The notes: a model not told the origin generated them from the letters alone. A DNA stretch of 64,000 bases from Prochlorococcus sp. AG-321-D23 (GCA_003283445.1 QBXG01000001.1:1587-65586); one strand, 5' to 3'; shown: positions 12,341-26,091, counted from the stretch's first letter. Numbers and translations: made by a program.

Positions 12341-13135
12341 ATGAACTTTAAATCAATACCTAGCGAATTTGAGTATTTATCATGGCCTGAAGTAAAAAAT
12401 ATTTCAAAAGACATAAGATCAACAATTATCTGGCCATTTGGAGCGGTAGAACAACATGGCCCTCATTTACCTTTGGCTACAGATAGTATTTTTGTTGATG
12501 AGATAATTTGCGAAGTTTTTAAATTAATTCCGTCTGACACACCTATAAAAAAACTTCCAACTCAATATATAGGTTTTTCTCCAGAACATAAGGGATTTGA
12601 TGGAACTATATCTCTTTCTTCAAATTTAATAACTTTATTAATAAAAGAAGTTGGAGTCCAATTAGCGGATATGGGGTTTAAAAGATTGATATTAATAAAT
12701 GCGCACGGAGGTCAAATTTCCTTACTTAACACCGCAGCAAGAGAATTAAGAAGCGTTGCTCCTAAACTTTCAATCTTCCCTTGCTTTTTATGGAAAGGAG
12801 TTGATGGATTAACTGAACTTTTAACAAAAAATGAAATTGAGAATGGATTACATGCATCCTTAGCCGAAACTAGTTTGATGATGGCTTTAAAATCTAATCT
12901 TGTGGGAGATGAAAGACCTTGTGAAGGTATTGAAATGCAAATTCCAGAGGGTTGGAGTTTGGAGGGAAATGCTCCAACTGCTTGGTTTACAGAAGATTTA
13001 AGTAAATCTGGAGTAATAGGAGATAGTAAAGGGTCAAATAAAGAGCTTGGAAATAGTTTAAAGAGCTTACTAGTCAATCACTGGTTTAAATTAATTATGA
13101 ATCTTATGAAATCAGACTGGCCAAATTCAATGTAA
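12341..13135 (+). CDS. Creatininase-family amidohydrolase
   Basis: GAVEQHGPHLPLATD, SPEH, NAHGGQ, HA...ETS. Confidence 0.88.
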   Translation: MNFKSIPSEFEYLSWPEVKNISKDIRSTIIWPFGAVEQHGPHLPLATDSIFVDEIICEVFKLIPSDTPIKKLPTQYIGFSPEHKGFDGTISLSSNLITLLIKEVGVQLADMGFKRLILINAHGGQISLLNTAARELRSVAPKLSIFPCFLWKGVDGLTELLTKNEIENGLHASLAETSLMMALKSNLVGDERPCEGIEMQIPEGWSLEGNAPTAWFTEDLSKSGVIGDSKGSNKELGNSLKSLLVNHWFKLIMNLMKSDWPNSM

Positions 13136-13249
13136 ATAATCATTATTAATCAATAATATCGTTTAACAATTGAAACTATTTTCATCATATTTAAATAAAC
13201 TCACTATAATTGTGTAAAACTTAGGCATAATGAGCTAAAGATTACTGAC

Positions 13250-13966
13250 ATGCAAACACTCGAATCTAATAAAAAAACTAGTCTAGAAAACTCTATTGAT
13301 TTACCTGACTTTACTACCGATTCTTACAAAGACGCTTATAGCAGGATAAATGCAATAGTTATTGAAGGTGAACAAGAAGCTCATGATAATTACATTTCCT
13401 TAGCAACATTAATTCCCAACGAATTAGAAGAGTTAACCAAACTAGCAAAAATGGAGCTTAAGCACAAAAGAGGCTTTACTGCATGCGGAAGAAATCTAGG
13501 TGTTCAAGCTGACATGATTTTTGCTAAAGAATTCTTTTCCAAATTACATGGTAATTTTCAAGTTGCGTTATCTAATGGCAAGACAACTACATGCCTATTA
13601 ATACAGGCAATTTTAATTGAAGCTTTTGCTATATCTGCTTATCACGTTTACATAAGGGTTGCTGATCCTTTTGCGAAAAAAATTACCCAAGGTGTTGTTA
13701 AAGATGAATATCTTCATTTAAACTATGGACAAGAATGGCTAAAAGAAAATTTAGAGACTTGTAAGGAAGAGCTAATAGAAGCAAATAAGGTTAACCTTCC
13801 ACTAATTAAGAAGATGTTAGATCAAGTCTCGGAAGATGCTTCAGTATTAGCTATGGATAGGGAAGAATTAATGGAAGAATTCATGATTGCCTACCAGGAT
13901 ACACTTCTTGAAATAGGTTTAGATAATAGAGAAATTGCAAGAATGGCAATGGCTGCTATTGTCTAA
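13250..13966 (+). CDS. ado: Aldehyde-deformylating oxygenase
   Basis: YKDAYSRINAIVIEGEQEAHDNY and di-iron ExxH motifs (ELKH, EYLH); lies upstream of aar. Confidence 0.97.
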   Translation: MQTLESNKKTSLENSIDLPDFTTDSYKDAYSRINAIVIEGEQEAHDNYISLATLIPNELEELTKLAKMELKHKRGFTACGRNLGVQADMIFAKEFFSKLHGNFQVALSNGKTTTCLLIQAILIEAFAISAYHVYIRVADPFAKKITQGVVKDEYLHLNYGQEWLKENLETCKEELIEANKVNLPLIKKMLDQVSEDASVLAMDREELMEEFMIAYQDTLLEIGLDNREIARMAMAAIV

Positions 13967-14075
13967 TTCATTTATAGATTTAATAAGTCGATTTAAAAAT
14001 ATTTTTTATCTATTTAGTTAATAGCACTGTGCTATTGTTCATATCAATATATAGATTCCATTAATAAGGTAATCA

Positions 14076-15116
14076 ATGTTTGGGCTAATAGGTCATTCAA
14101 CTAGTTTTGAAGATGCAAAAAGAAAGGCTTCATTATTGGGCTTTGATCATATCGCTGATGGTGACTTGGATGTATGGTGCACAGCTCCACCTCAACTAGT
14201 GGAAAATGTAGAGGTTAAAAGTGCTACAGGGATATCAATAGAAGGTTCTTATATTGATTCATGTTTCGTTCCTGAAATGCTTTCAAGATTTAAAACGGCA
14301 AGAAGAAAAGTATTAAATGCAATGGAGTTAGCTCAAAAAAAAGGTATTAATATTACCGCTTTGGGAGGATTCACTTCTATCATCTTTGAAAATTTTAATC
14401 TCCTTCAACACAAGCAGATTAGGAACACATCACTAGAGTGGGAAAGATTTACTACTGGGAATACTCATACTGCGTGGGTTATTTGCAGGCAATTGGAGAT
14501 GAATGCTCCTAAAATTGGAATTGATCTTAAAAGTGCAACAGTTGCTGTAGTTGGTGCTACGGGTGATATAGGCAGCGCTGTTTGTCGATGGTTAGTTAAT
14601 AAAACAGGTATTAGGGAACTTCTTTTGGTAGCTAGGCAAAAGGAACCTTTAGATTCTTTGCAAAAAGAATTAGATGGTGGAACTATCAAAAATCTAGAGG
14701 AAGCATTACCTGTCGCAGATATTGTTGTATGGGTAGCAAGTATGCCAAAGACTATGGAAATCGATGCCAATAATCTTAAACAGCCATGTTTAATGATTGA
14801 TGGAGGGTATCCAAAGAATTTAGATGAAAAATTTAAAGGTAACAATATACATGTTATCAAAGGAGGTATAGTAAGGTTCTTCAATGATATAGGTTGGAAT
14901 ATGATGGAACTAGCGGAAATGCAAAATCCTCAGAGAGAAATGTTTGCATGTTTTGCAGAAGCAATGATTTTAGAATTTGAAAAATGTCATACAAACTTTA
15001 GCTGGGGAAGAAATAATATATCTCTTGAGAAAATGGAGTTTATTGGAGCTGCTTCTGAAAAGCATGGCTTCTCTGCCATTGGCCTAGATAAGCATCCAAA
15101 AGTACTAGCAGTTTGA
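14076..15116 (+). CDS. aar: Long-chain acyl-ACP reductase
   Basis: MFGLIGH start, TTGNTHT, GATGDIG, FACFAE catalytic Cys. Confidence 0.97.
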   Translation: MFGLIGHSTSFEDAKRKASLLGFDHIADGDLDVWCTAPPQLVENVEVKSATGISIEGSYIDSCFVPEMLSRFKTARRKVLNAMELAQKKGINITALGGFTSIIFENFNLLQHKQIRNTSLEWERFTTGNTHTAWVICRQLEMNAPKIGIDLKSATVAVVGATGDIGSAVCRWLVNKTGIRELLLVARQKEPLDSLQKELDGGTIKNLEEALPVADIVVWVASMPKTMEIDANNLKQPCLMIDGGYPKNLDEKFKGNNIHVIKGGIVRFFNDIGWNMMELAEMQNPQREMFACFAEAMILEFEKCHTNFSWGRNNISLEKMEFIGAASEKHGFSAIGLDKHPKVLAV

Positions 15117-15119
15117 ATT

Positions 15120-16127
15120 ATGCCGAGACGTTATCTTCTTGATTTTGAAAAACCTCTTGTAGAGCTTGAAAAGCAAATAGAGCAAATTAGAGAATTAGCA
15201 AGAGATTCAGAAGTAGATGTTAGTCAACAGTTACTACAACTAGAAACACTTGCTACAAGAAGAAGAGAGGAAATTTTTAGATCTCTTACACCTGCTCAGA
15301 AAATACAAGTAGCTAGACATCCACAAAGACCAAGTACTTTGGATTTTATTCAAATGTTTTGTGATGATTGGATTGAGTTACATGGAGACAGAAATGGAGG
15401 AGATGATATGGCTTTAATTGGAGGTTTAGGTTCGGTGAATAATCAACCGGTCCTTTTATTGGGTCATCAGAAAGGAAGAGATACGAAGGAAAATGTAGTT
15501 AGAAACTTTGGAATGGCAAAACCAGGAGGTTATAGAAAAGCTTTAAGGTTAATGCAGCATGCTGATAGATTCTCATTGCCTATTCTTACTTTTATTGATA
15601 CCCCTGGGGCATATGCTGGTCTCTCTGCAGAAGAACAAGGTCAAGGAGAAGCTATAGCTAGAAACCTAAGAGAAATGTTTGGTTTCAAAGTCCCAATAAT
15701 TGCTACTATTATCGGCGAAGGGGGGTCTGGCGGAGCTCTCGGAATTGGGGTAGCTGATAGGCTATTGATGTTTGAACATAGTGTTTATACTGTTGCTAGT
15801 CCAGAAGCTTGTGCCTCAATTCTTTGGAGAGATGCTGCAAAAGCTTCTGAAGCTGCAACTGCGTTAAAAATAACTGGAAAAGATCTTCTTGAATTAGGTG
15901 TAATAGATGAAGTTTTATCAGAACCAGCAGGGGGTAATAACTGGGCTCCTATAGAGGCTGGGAATACTCTAAAAGGTGCTATTGAGAGACACCTTAATGA
16001 ATTATTGGGATTGAATAAAGAGAAACTTTTAGAACAAAGATATTCAAAATTCAGGGTTTTGGGCAAATTTATTGAATCAAATAATTTTGAAGAAATTCAG
16101 GAAGAATTACCTCAAATAACTGAATAA
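15120..16127 (+). CDS. accA: Acetyl-CoA carboxylase carboxyltransferase alpha subunit
   Basis: [34 protein letters not shown]. Confidence 0.97.
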   Translation: MPRRYLLDFEKPLVELEKQIEQIRELARDSEVDVSQQLLQLETLATRRREEIFRSLTPAQKIQVARHPQRPSTLDFIQMFCDDWIELHGDRNGGDDMALIGGLGSVNNQPVLLLGHQKGRDTKENVVRNFGMAKPGGYRKALRLMQHADRFSLPILTFIDTPGAYAGLSAEEQGQGEAIARNLREMFGFKVPIIATIIGEGGSGGALGIGVADRLLMFEHSVYTVASPEACASILWRDAAKASEAATALKITGKDLLELGVIDEVLSEPAGGNNWAPIEAGNTLKGAIERHLNELLGLNKEKLLEQRYSKFRVLGKFIESNNFEEIQEELPQITE

Positions 16128-16128
16128 A

Positions 16129-16836
16129 TTGAAATTAGCATTCATTACAGGAGCCACTAAAGGTATTGGGAGAGCTACAGCATTAACTTTCGCAAATGCT
16201 GGTTGGGATTTAATTTTACTCGCAAGAGATTTAGAGATGTTGGAAATACTTAGAGATGAATTATCAGATACAGGGTCAACAATTAATCTTGTTAAGTGTA
16301 ATTTATCTAATTCAAATGAAATAGATAATTCAATTAATGAATCGATAAAAAAATATGGGTGCCCTTCCGTTTTAATAAATAACGCTGGATGTGCTTTTAA
16401 TGGAAATCTAGTTGAAATGCCTTTGACAAAATGGCAAGAAATAATTCAAATTAACCTCACAAGTATATTTCAAATATGTAGTTTAATTGTCCCCAAAATG
16501 AGAAAAAATGGAGGCTTGATTATTAATGTCAGCAGTCATGCTTCTTATAATGCTTTCCCTCAGTGGGGTGCTTATTGTGTATCAAAATCTGCTCTAGCGA
16601 TGTTTACAAAGTGTCTTAGAGAAGAAGAGAGATCTAACTCGATAAGAGCCTGCACAATTACTTTAGGATCAGTTAATACGCCTCTTTGGGAAACGGAATC
16701 AATTAAATCAGATTTCGATAGATCATCTATGCTTTCTTCTACTAACGTCTCAAATACAATTTTATATATTGCTGAACAACCAGGATCACAATTAATTGAA
16801 GACCTAACTCTTATGCCTGCAGGAGGTGCTTTTTAA
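16129..16836 (+). CDS. Short-chain dehydrogenase/reductase
   Basis: TGATKGIG, NNAG, catalytic S...YCVSK. Confidence 0.9.
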   Translation: MKLAFITGATKGIGRATALTFANAGWDLILLARDLEMLEILRDELSDTGSTINLVKCNLSNSNEIDNSINESIKKYGCPSVLINNAGCAFNGNLVEMPLTKWQEIIQINLTSIFQICSLIVPKMRKNGGLIINVSSHASYNAFPQWGAYCVSKSALAMFTKCLREEERSNSIRACTITLGSVNTPLWETESIKSDFDRSSMLSSTNVSNTILYIAEQPGSQLIEDLTLMPAGGAF

Positions 16837-16991
16837 ACACCATAATTCCGATTTGAAATGTTTATAAAGTCACCTTTTTTTATTTTGTATGACCTCTTAT
16901 GAACATTCAAATGTGATATAGTGTATAGGCAATATACCTTCTAAGTAGATAAAGTAATTAAGTTTGCAGACTATTTTCTGATAACAATTCT

Positions 16992-17738
16992 ATGACCTCT
17001 ACATTACCTAACGACAATCTTAAGAAAAATTTTGGTGATCAAATTAGCAATAAATTAATTTCTGAAATAATCAGGGATCGAATTAAATTAAACAAAAAAA
17101 GATTCCACGCTAATGATAATATTTCTGACTTCATCAATCCTGGAGAACTAGAAATTCTACAGAAAGAAGTTGCTTCTAAAGTTAGAGATTTATTGAAGTC
17201 TTTGGTAATAGATATCGATAATGATCATAACTCTCAAGAGACTGCTGAAAGAGTTGCAAAAATGTATTTACAAGAAGTTTTTAAAGGTAGATATCATAAA
17301 AGGCCTAATGTTACAGACTTTCCTAATGCTAAAAAATTAGATGAAATTTATACTTTAGGGCCAATAAGTGTTCGCTCTGCTTGCTCTCATCATATGGTTC
17401 CTATTATTGGTGATTGCTGGATTGGAATTAAGCCTGGAGATAAAGTAATTGGAATTTCAAAGTTTTCGAGAGTAGCTGACTGGGTCTTTTCTAGACCACA
17501 TATTCAAGAGGAAGCTGTAATGATTCTGGCTGATGAGATTGAACGTTTATGTGAACCAAAAGGTTTAGCAATTCTTGTTAAAGCTAAGCACTATTGCATG
17601 TGTTGGAGAGGTGTAAAGGAACCCAACACTAGTATGATTAATTCTATTGTAAGGGGAGATTTTAGACATGATATAAGTCTAAAACAGGAATTCTTTGAAC
17701 TAGTTAAACAACAACCTAATGGATTGTCCTGCTATTAA
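16992..17738 (+). CDS. folE: GTP cyclohydrolase I
   Basis: SACSHH, GISKF, QE, HYCMCWRGV zinc and GTP motifs. Confidence 0.95.
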   Translation: MTSTLPNDNLKKNFGDQISNKLISEIIRDRIKLNKKRFHANDNISDFINPGELEILQKEVASKVRDLLKSLVIDIDNDHNSQETAERVAKMYLQEVFKGRYHKRPNVTDFPNAKKLDEIYTLGPISVRSACSHHMVPIIGDCWIGIKPGDKVIGISKFSRVADWVFSRPHIQEEAVMILADEIERLCEPKGLAILVKAKHYCMCWRGVKEPNTSMINSIVRGDFRHDISLKQEFFELVKQQPNGLSCY

Positions 17739-17792
17739 ATTAGCTGAAAAAATTGATTAGTTATATTTTAAATTTATTACATAGGAGATATT

Positions 17793-18446
17793 TTATTTCT
17801 TTATTTCTTGAATAATTTGATTTGTTTTTTCTAGATCTTTGATCCCTGGGGAGGTTTCAACGCTACTAGAAATATCAATACCATTTGGTTTTATATTTTT
17901 TAGAATCTCACCTACCCATTCTATGGAAACGCCTCCAGCAATCCACCAAGGTTTGCTGAAACTTAAATCTTCTAAATATTGTTGTTTTATTCTTTTTCCC
18001 GAACCACCATATGTTTCTTTATTCCATGAATCTAAAAGTATTGCATCTATAAAGTTTTCATAAGGTTTAATCTTTTCAAGATCTTTTTTATTTTTTATTC
18101 TAAAAGCTTTCCATAAGCCAACGTCCGGAATCCGTTTTTTTAATTTTTGACAATAATCAATATCCTCATCTCCATGGAGTTGAATTATAGTTTCGTTTGG
18201 TTCTCCTAAAAACCCTTTAATAATTGAATCAATAGGACTATTTTTTACAACTGAAACTCTCTCAATATTTGGATATAAATCTTTTAAAGTTTTGAAGATT
18301 ACTTTTTTCTTTTCTGGGGAGATATATCTTGGAGATTCATCCACTGAAATGATACCTATTGCATTAGTTCCTAATTCGGCTACTTGAACAGCTTGTTCAA
18401 TGGAAGTTATTCCGCAAATTTTAACTAAAGTTTTGGTCTCAAGCAT
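17793..18446 (-). CDS. trpF: Phosphoribosylanthranilate isomerase
   Basis: VKICGIT, QLHGDE, LLDS...GGSG, AGG, DISSSVE..PGIKD. Confidence 0.95.
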   Translation of the reverse strand: MLETKTLVKICGITSIEQAVQVAELGTNAIGIISVDESPRYISPEKKKVIFKTLKDLYPNIERVSVVKNSPIDSIIKGFLGEPNETIIQLHGDEDIDYCQKLKKRIPDVGLWKAFRIKNKKDLEKIKPYENFIDAILLDSWNKETYGGSGKRIKQQYLEDLSFSKPWWIAGGVSIEWVGEILKNIKPNGIDISSSVETSPGIKDLEKTNQIIQEIKK

Positions 18447-18501
18447 ATCTTTATCTTATAGGTAGAATTAATATTATTTGTAAATATAACGGAGATTATT
18501 T

Positions 18502-19728
18502 TTGAGGAGTTTGCAAATTTTTAAAATAAGGGGAATTCCCTTTAAATTACATCCTTACTGGTTTGCAATCCTTTTTTTATTTTCATGGAGTATTTCTAAT
18601 CAAGTTAATTTAACTTCTGGTGAAATTTATAATATTAAGGAAGCTTGGTTAATTGGTTTCTTAACTTCTTTTTTTTTATTAAGCACGATCATATTCCATG
18701 AGGTCTTCCATACTTTTGTTTCGTTAAATCAAGGAGTAAAAATAAATAATATTACCTTTTACTTCTTAGGAGCAGTTTTGCAAATAGAAAAGGATTGTCA
18801 AACAGCTTTGGGTAATATAAAAATCTCGATAGTTAGGCCTTTATTATGTTTCTCGACTGCATTAATTCTTATTTTCATTAGTAATCCTACTGAATCCAAC
18901 GAACAAATATTCACAAATGTATTGAACAGAGTAGCAATATTAAATCTTTTTCTAGGCTTTTTAAACTTAATTCCTATTGGATCTTTAGATGGAGGTAATT
19001 TGTTGAGGAGTACTATTTGGTATTTTTCAGGAAGTAAAAATAAAGGAAGAAATTTTTTAAATAAATCAACTTTAATATTATCTATTTTAGTTTTTCTTTT
19101 AGGAATTATATGTTTATTTAGTTTCAATTTTTACTATGGTTTATTACTTACTTTTTTAGGATTATTTGGTATTAATTCATCAAAGTCTGAAAATCAATTT
19201 TTTAAAATTGAAAATATTTTAAAATTAAGTAAGGTTTCTGACCTTAAGTTAAAGCCATTACGAAAAATTGAATTCAATTCAAGTTTGGTGGAGTTAAATA
19301 ATCTGATTAAAAGTAAAAAAGATAAAAAAGATAAATATTTGTTTTTGACTAATAATGGAAGATGGGATGGCTTTATCGATGAAAAAATTTTAAAATCTGT
19401 TTCAGTAAAAAAATGGGACCGGACTTTTGTTGACGATTTTAGGAAGCCAATTAAGAAGTTTGAGAGTTTAAATTGTAATGCTGAATTATGGAGAGCTATT
19501 GAAAAAATAGAGAATTCTAATGAAGGTATAGTACTTGTACTCAATTCTGCTGATATACCACTAGGAATTGTTGACAGAAATAAAATTGGTTATTTTGTGT
19601 TCAATAAATTAGGTTTAAATTTACCTTCGAATTTGATCAGCAAATTCAATAATAAGGATCAGTATCCACTGGGAATTGAATTACCCAAAATCATAAAATT
19701 AATGAGAAAAAAAGGAGAAATTGAATAA
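18502..19728 (+). CDS. Site-2 protease (M50) membrane metalloprotease with degenerate C-terminal CBS-like region
   Basis: HEVFH zinc motif, NLIPIGSLDGG, several TM segments. Confidence 0.85.
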   Translation: MRSLQIFKIRGIPFKLHPYWFAILFLFSWSISNQVNLTSGEIYNIKEAWLIGFLTSFFLLSTIIFHEVFHTFVSLNQGVKINNITFYFLGAVLQIEKDCQTALGNIKISIVRPLLCFSTALILIFISNPTESNEQIFTNVLNRVAILNLFLGFLNLIPIGSLDGGNLLRSTIWYFSGSKNKGRNFLNKSTLILSILVFLLGIICLFSFNFYYGLLLTFLGLFGINSSKSENQFFKIENILKLSKVSDLKLKPLRKIEFNSSLVELNNLIKSKKDKKDKYLFLTNNGRWDGFIDEKILKSVSVKKWDRTFVDDFRKPIKKFESLNCNAELWRAIEKIENSNEGIVLVLNSADIPLGIVDRNKIGYFVFNKLGLNLPSNLISKFNNKDQYPLGIELPKIIKLMRKKGEIE

Positions 19729-19735
19729 ATTCAAG

Positions 19736-20443
19736 TCACAATAATTCTTTAATCTCATCTTTTTCATAGCAGATTTTTTCAATTTTTAGATTTGATTTGG
19801 ATCGTAAAAATGAATTCATCAAATATTTAATTATTTCCTCATTAGTAAGATTTAAATTAATCTTTTTGGGAGGCTCTTCTCTAAATAATTTGAACCACAA
19901 GTCTCTTGGGGGGTTAAGTTGTATTTCCCCATGCTGAAGAAATGCTCCTTTCTTTCTGTATTGAGCGCTTCCAATGCGTTTAAATCCATATTGATCAACT
20001 AAATCTGATACATAGGATGATCCAAAACAGTTTTCTTGAATTATTGATTTTCTTAAAGTTCCTTTTTTTAAACCTAAACCTAATTCATTAAAACTTTTAA
20101 TTAACCAATTATTTACAAGCTCATAACTGAAGATCTTATAAGAAGGTTTTTTAAATGTTAAAGCGTATGTTATCCCTCCAGAATGAAGTACTGCTCCACC
20201 TCCTGAGGGTCTCCTTACGACTTTAATAATGCCATCCTCTAATAGCTTTTCCCAATGAGGCGGAATTACTTTTTGATGATAACCAAGAGAAATCCAATCT
20301 CCCTCCCAATGATAAAACCTTAATGTAAAAAGAATTTCAACTTTTGAAATAGTTTTTTCTAAAAAATGCAAATCTAGAGCCATTTGTTCAACTCCAGTTA
20401 ATTTCATTGTTGAAATAATTAAAGCTTGATTATCTATTCTCAA
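19736..20443 (-). CDS. Lipoate-protein ligase A family protein
   Basis: QMALD, LRFY.W, VRRPSGGGAVLH, KRIGSAQ, LQHG. Confidence 0.88.
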   Translation of the reverse strand: MRIDNQALIISTMKLTGVEQMALDLHFLEKTISKVEILFTLRFYHWEGDWISLGYHQKVIPPHWEKLLEDGIIKVVRRPSGGGAVLHSGGITYALTFKKPSYKIFSYELVNNWLIKSFNELGLGLKKGTLRKSIIQENCFGSSYVSDLVDQYGFKRIGSAQYRKKGAFLQHGEIQLNPPRDLWFKLFREEPPKKINLNLTNEEIIKYLMNSFLRSKSNLKIEKICYEKDEIKELL

Positions 20444-20540
20444 AACTATTTTTTGATTTAATTACGTAACAGCATTTTGTAATAGTCTATCAATTTTTCA
20501 CTTTTGGGTAGAGAATATAGAAAATAAATATGTATTTATT

Positions 20541-20645
20541 ATGGAGCCATCTCAATCAATCAATTTAATAATACTTGGTCTTATTGTGGTAATGCATGCA
20601 GGTGTATTAGCTTTAAGACTTGGCATAAGTTTAGCTAGAACCTAA
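20541..20645 (+). CDS. psaM: Photosystem I subunit XII (PsaM)
   Basis: Not in the ORF track. Manual translation [34 protein letters not shown] (34 aa): one TM helix with the PsaM-like AGVLALRLG motif. Confidence 0.85.
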
Positions 20646-20733
20646 AAACTAATTTTGATTATAAAAAACTTTATGTTATTAATTAGAGAAGACTTTTATT
20701 CTTAAGTCTTTTATTTAATTTTTTAAAAATAAT

Positions 20734-21081
20734 TTGCCTAGACATTATCGTAAAAGTACTGCTACGGATAAAAGATCTGTAGCATCTGCTATTGAGATAA
20801 ACTATAAAGAACAAGAAGATTTTGTAAGCTCTGTTTTTCTAGGGTTAAAAGTTTGTTTTTCTCTTTTAGCAATTGTGAGTTTATTAAAAATTGGATATAG
20901 CTCAAAAGTTAGATTAACTAGATTGAGGGAGATTAAAAATTCTTATTTATATGAAAAATCAAGGTTTGATGGTTTAAGTCGTAGATTTGATGATTTAATC
21001 TCTTTAGAGGGCGAGCAAAGATTTATGAAGGATCAAGATCAAATGATTTCTAGAGACATAATCAGAGTAATATGGCGTTGA
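20734..21081 (+). CDS. Conserved hypothetical single-TM / coiled-coil protein
   Basis: One hydrophobic helix followed by a charged helical segment; start uncertain. Confidence 0.6.
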   Translation: MPRHYRKSTATDKRSVASAIEINYKEQEDFVSSVFLGLKVCFSLLAIVSLLKIGYSSKVRLTRLREIKNSYLYEKSRFDGLSRRFDDLISLEGEQRFMKDQDQMISRDIIRVIWR

Positions 21082-21138
21082 TAAGTATGATTATAAGGTC
21101 ATTTAATTATCGAATTTTTTAATTAATTTTTAGAGCTT

Positions 21139-22143
21139 GTGGGTAAGAGTATTAAGGGGTTAGTCCTAATAACAGGAACAACGTCAGGAGTAGGATTAAA
21201 CACCTTAAAACCTTTGTTGAGATTTGGATGGGAAGTTATAGCGGTAAATCGCTCAAACAAAAGGGCATTAGAAATAGCTCAGCAATCTTTAACAGATTCT
21301 CAAATAAAAAATATTCATTTTATAGAAATTGATTTATCTGATTTAGACGATGTAAGAAATGGTTGTAATGAGATATTGAAAAAATTTAAAAAACCCATAA
21401 ATTCTATTATTTGTAATGCTGCAGTTTATAAACCAAGATTACGGAAGCCTGAAAGGTCTCCCCAAGGATTTGAAAATTCTATGGCAGTTAATCATTTTGG
21501 TCATTTTCTCTTGATTAATCTTCTTATGGATAATATTTTGTCCTCTGAGAAGGAAATTGATTTAAATGGTAGAACTACTAAATTCAAGCCAAGAATAACA
21601 GTATTAGGAACTGTTACGGCAAACTATTCAGAACTAGGTGGAAGAATTCCGATACCTGCCCCAGCTGATCTTGGTAATTTATCTGGATTTAAAAATGGAT
21701 TTTTATCTCCGATTAGCATGGCAAATGGAAAAAAATTTAAACCAGGGAAATCCTATAAAGATAGCAAACTTTGCAATATGGTAACAGTACAAGAATTATC
21801 AAAAAAATATTCTAAAGAAAGAATAATTATTAATTCTCTATACCCTGGATGCGTGGCCGATACAAAACTCTTTAGAGATACACCTTGGCTGTTTAGATTT
21901 TTATTCCCAATCTTTCAAAAATTCATCACAAAAGGATATGTATCTCAAAGATTAGCTGGAGAAAGAGTCGCTCAAGTAGCGACGCTTAAAGAATATGCTA
22001 AGCCGGCAGTCCATTGGAGTTGGGGAAATCGCCAAAAGTTAGGGAGAAAAGCTTTTTCTCAAAAATTGTCTAAGAGAATTATTGATTCAAATATTTCAAG
22101 ACAAACTTATGAATTAACTAGAAAATTGGTTGGATTAGCTTAG
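21139..22143 (+). CDS. por: Light-dependent protochlorophyllide oxidoreductase
   Basis: TGTTSGVG, CNAAVY, NHFGHFLL, YKDSKLCN (YxxxK), LYPGCVA.T.LFR. Confidence 0.93.
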   Translation: MGKSIKGLVLITGTTSGVGLNTLKPLLRFGWEVIAVNRSNKRALEIAQQSLTDSQIKNIHFIEIDLSDLDDVRNGCNEILKKFKKPINSIICNAAVYKPRLRKPERSPQGFENSMAVNHFGHFLLINLLMDNILSSEKEIDLNGRTTKFKPRITVLGTVTANYSELGGRIPIPAPADLGNLSGFKNGFLSPISMANGKKFKPGKSYKDSKLCNMVTVQELSKKYSKERIIINSLYPGCVADTKLFRDTPWLFRFLFPIFQKFITKGYVSQRLAGERVAQVATLKEYAKPAVHWSWGNRQKLGRKAFSQKLSKRIIDSNISRQTYELTRKLVGLA

Positions 22144-22147
22144 GTAG

Positions 22148-23035
<888 letters not shown>

Positions 23036-23226
23036 TTAAAGCTGAAATTAACACGTTAATAAATACATTCTTGCAGGAATATGCTTCTAGAAATGTATTT
23101 CTCAACAAATAGTTATTTATTAAGATTAAAGATACAAGATATATGTTTATAGCTAGATATTCCGCGATTATTATTATTATTATGAGTGAAAATACTCATG
23201 TTAAAATAATAATTTATTTATAAGGA

Positions 23227-24807
23227 TTAACCAAAATAGGCTTTTGCATCGTAAAGGGTCTCGTCGCTAATTTCAGGAAGACCTTTTGAAAGAGCATATT
23301 TCTCAGTATTTGATTTAACTTTACCTCTTACAAAAAATGGAACTTTTGTAAGTTCTGCTCTTCCAGAGTCTGTCCAAATTACAGTTCCCTTCTTTTGAAT
23401 ACTATTATCACTTCGCGCATGCTCATCTTCTTTATTCTCAGGACCCTTTGTAGCAGTATGACCAAGATGACTTTGATGGCCATCAACAAATTCGAAGTCA
23501 TGTTTGAACATATCAATAAGATGTTCTTCAAGACCCATCATTAGAGGGTGAACCCAGTCGTCAAAAATCACATTTGCTCCTTCCCATCCCATTTGAGGGC
23601 TATATCTTGCAGGAACATCTTGAACATGCATTGGAGTACTAATTACTGAGCATGGGATACCAAGTCTTTTTGCGCTGTGTCTTTCCATTTGAGTCCCCAA
23701 AACTAATTCGGGGGATGCTTTTTTCATGGCATCTTCTACTTCTAGGTAGCTATTAGTAATTAGTGATTCTATATTTAAATCCTTAGCTGCGGCTCTTACT
23801 TGCCTTGCCATTTCTCTGCTGTAAGTTCCCAATCCTACTACCTCAAAACCTAGTTCATCTTTGGCAATTTTGGCAGCTGCGATAGCATGAGTACCGTCAC
23901 CAAAAATAAAAACCCTTTTCCCCGTCAAATAATTTGAGTCAACAGACTTTGAGTACCATGGAAGTTTTGACTTATGCTCTAGTTCCTCTTGATTTGTTAA
24001 TGGGAGGTCAAGTTTTTCATGAACTTCCTTAATAAAATTAATTGTATTTTTTATGCCGATTGGAATAGTAGTGGTATATTCCATTCCGCAATTACGCTTA
24101 AGCCATTCACAGGAAGTTTCAGCAATCTCGTGATAAAGGCAAATATTAACATCAGCATCAGTTAATCTTGCAATATCATCTGGACTTGAACCGAGTGGTG
24201 CAACAACATTAGTATCAATACCTTGCTCTGAAAGTATACGTTGAATCTCGATTACATCATCTCTGCATCTAAATCCTAATAAAGTAGGACCTAAAATATT
24301 TACTTTAGGTCTTCGACCTAAAGTTATCCATCTTTTAGGATTAATCTTTTCAATTTCGTTTACCTTATCTTTCAAAAGATTTCTTATAATTTGATAAAAG
24401 GTTTCTGAAGCACCCCAGTTTTCTTTTTTGCTATAGGCAGGAAGTTCAAGATTTACTATTGGGATATCAAAACCCATACCCTTAGCAAGAGCTCCTGGCT
24501 GGTCTTGTATTAGTTCAGCAGTACAACTTTCACCTACTAAAAGAGTTTTTGGTTTAAATCTTTCAACTGCTTCAGTAATATTCCTTTTAACTAGTTCTGC
24601 TGTATCTCCTCCTAAGTCTCTAGCCTGAAATGTTGTATAAGTTACAGGTGGTCTTTGACCTCTTCTCTCAATCATTGTGAAAAGAAGATCTGCATAAGTA
24701 TCTCCTTGAGGAGCATGGAGAACGTAATGAATATCTTTCATTGATGATGCAACTCTCATTGCGCCTACATGAGGAGGTCCTTCATATGTCCAAAGAGTTA
24801 ATTCCAT
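23227..24807 (-). CDS. chlB: DPOR subunit B
   Basis: [28 protein letters not shown] and C-terminal PCP-red domain (VPFFVRGK). Confidence 0.96.
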   Translation of the reverse strand: MELTLWTYEGPPHVGAMRVASSMKDIHYVLHAPQGDTYADLLFTMIERRGQRPPVTYTTFQARDLGGDTAELVKRNITEAVERFKPKTLLVGESCTAELIQDQPGALAKGMGFDIPIVNLELPAYSKKENWGASETFYQIIRNLLKDKVNEIEKINPKRWITLGRRPKVNILGPTLLGFRCRDDVIEIQRILSEQGIDTNVVAPLGSSPDDIARLTDADVNICLYHEIAETSCEWLKRNCGMEYTTTIPIGIKNTINFIKEVHEKLDLPLTNQEELEHKSKLPWYSKSVDSNYLTGKRVFIFGDGTHAIAAAKIAKDELGFEVVGLGTYSREMARQVRAAAKDLNIESLITNSYLEVEDAMKKASPELVLGTQMERHSAKRLGIPCSVISTPMHVQDVPARYSPQMGWEGANVIFDDWVHPLMMGLEEHLIDMFKHDFEFVDGHQSHLGHTATKGPENKEDEHARSDNSIQKKGTVIWTDSGRAELTKVPFFVRGKVKSNTEKYALSKGLPEISDETLYDAKAYFG

Positions 24808-24810
24808 AAT

Positions 24811-26091
<1,281 letters not shown>

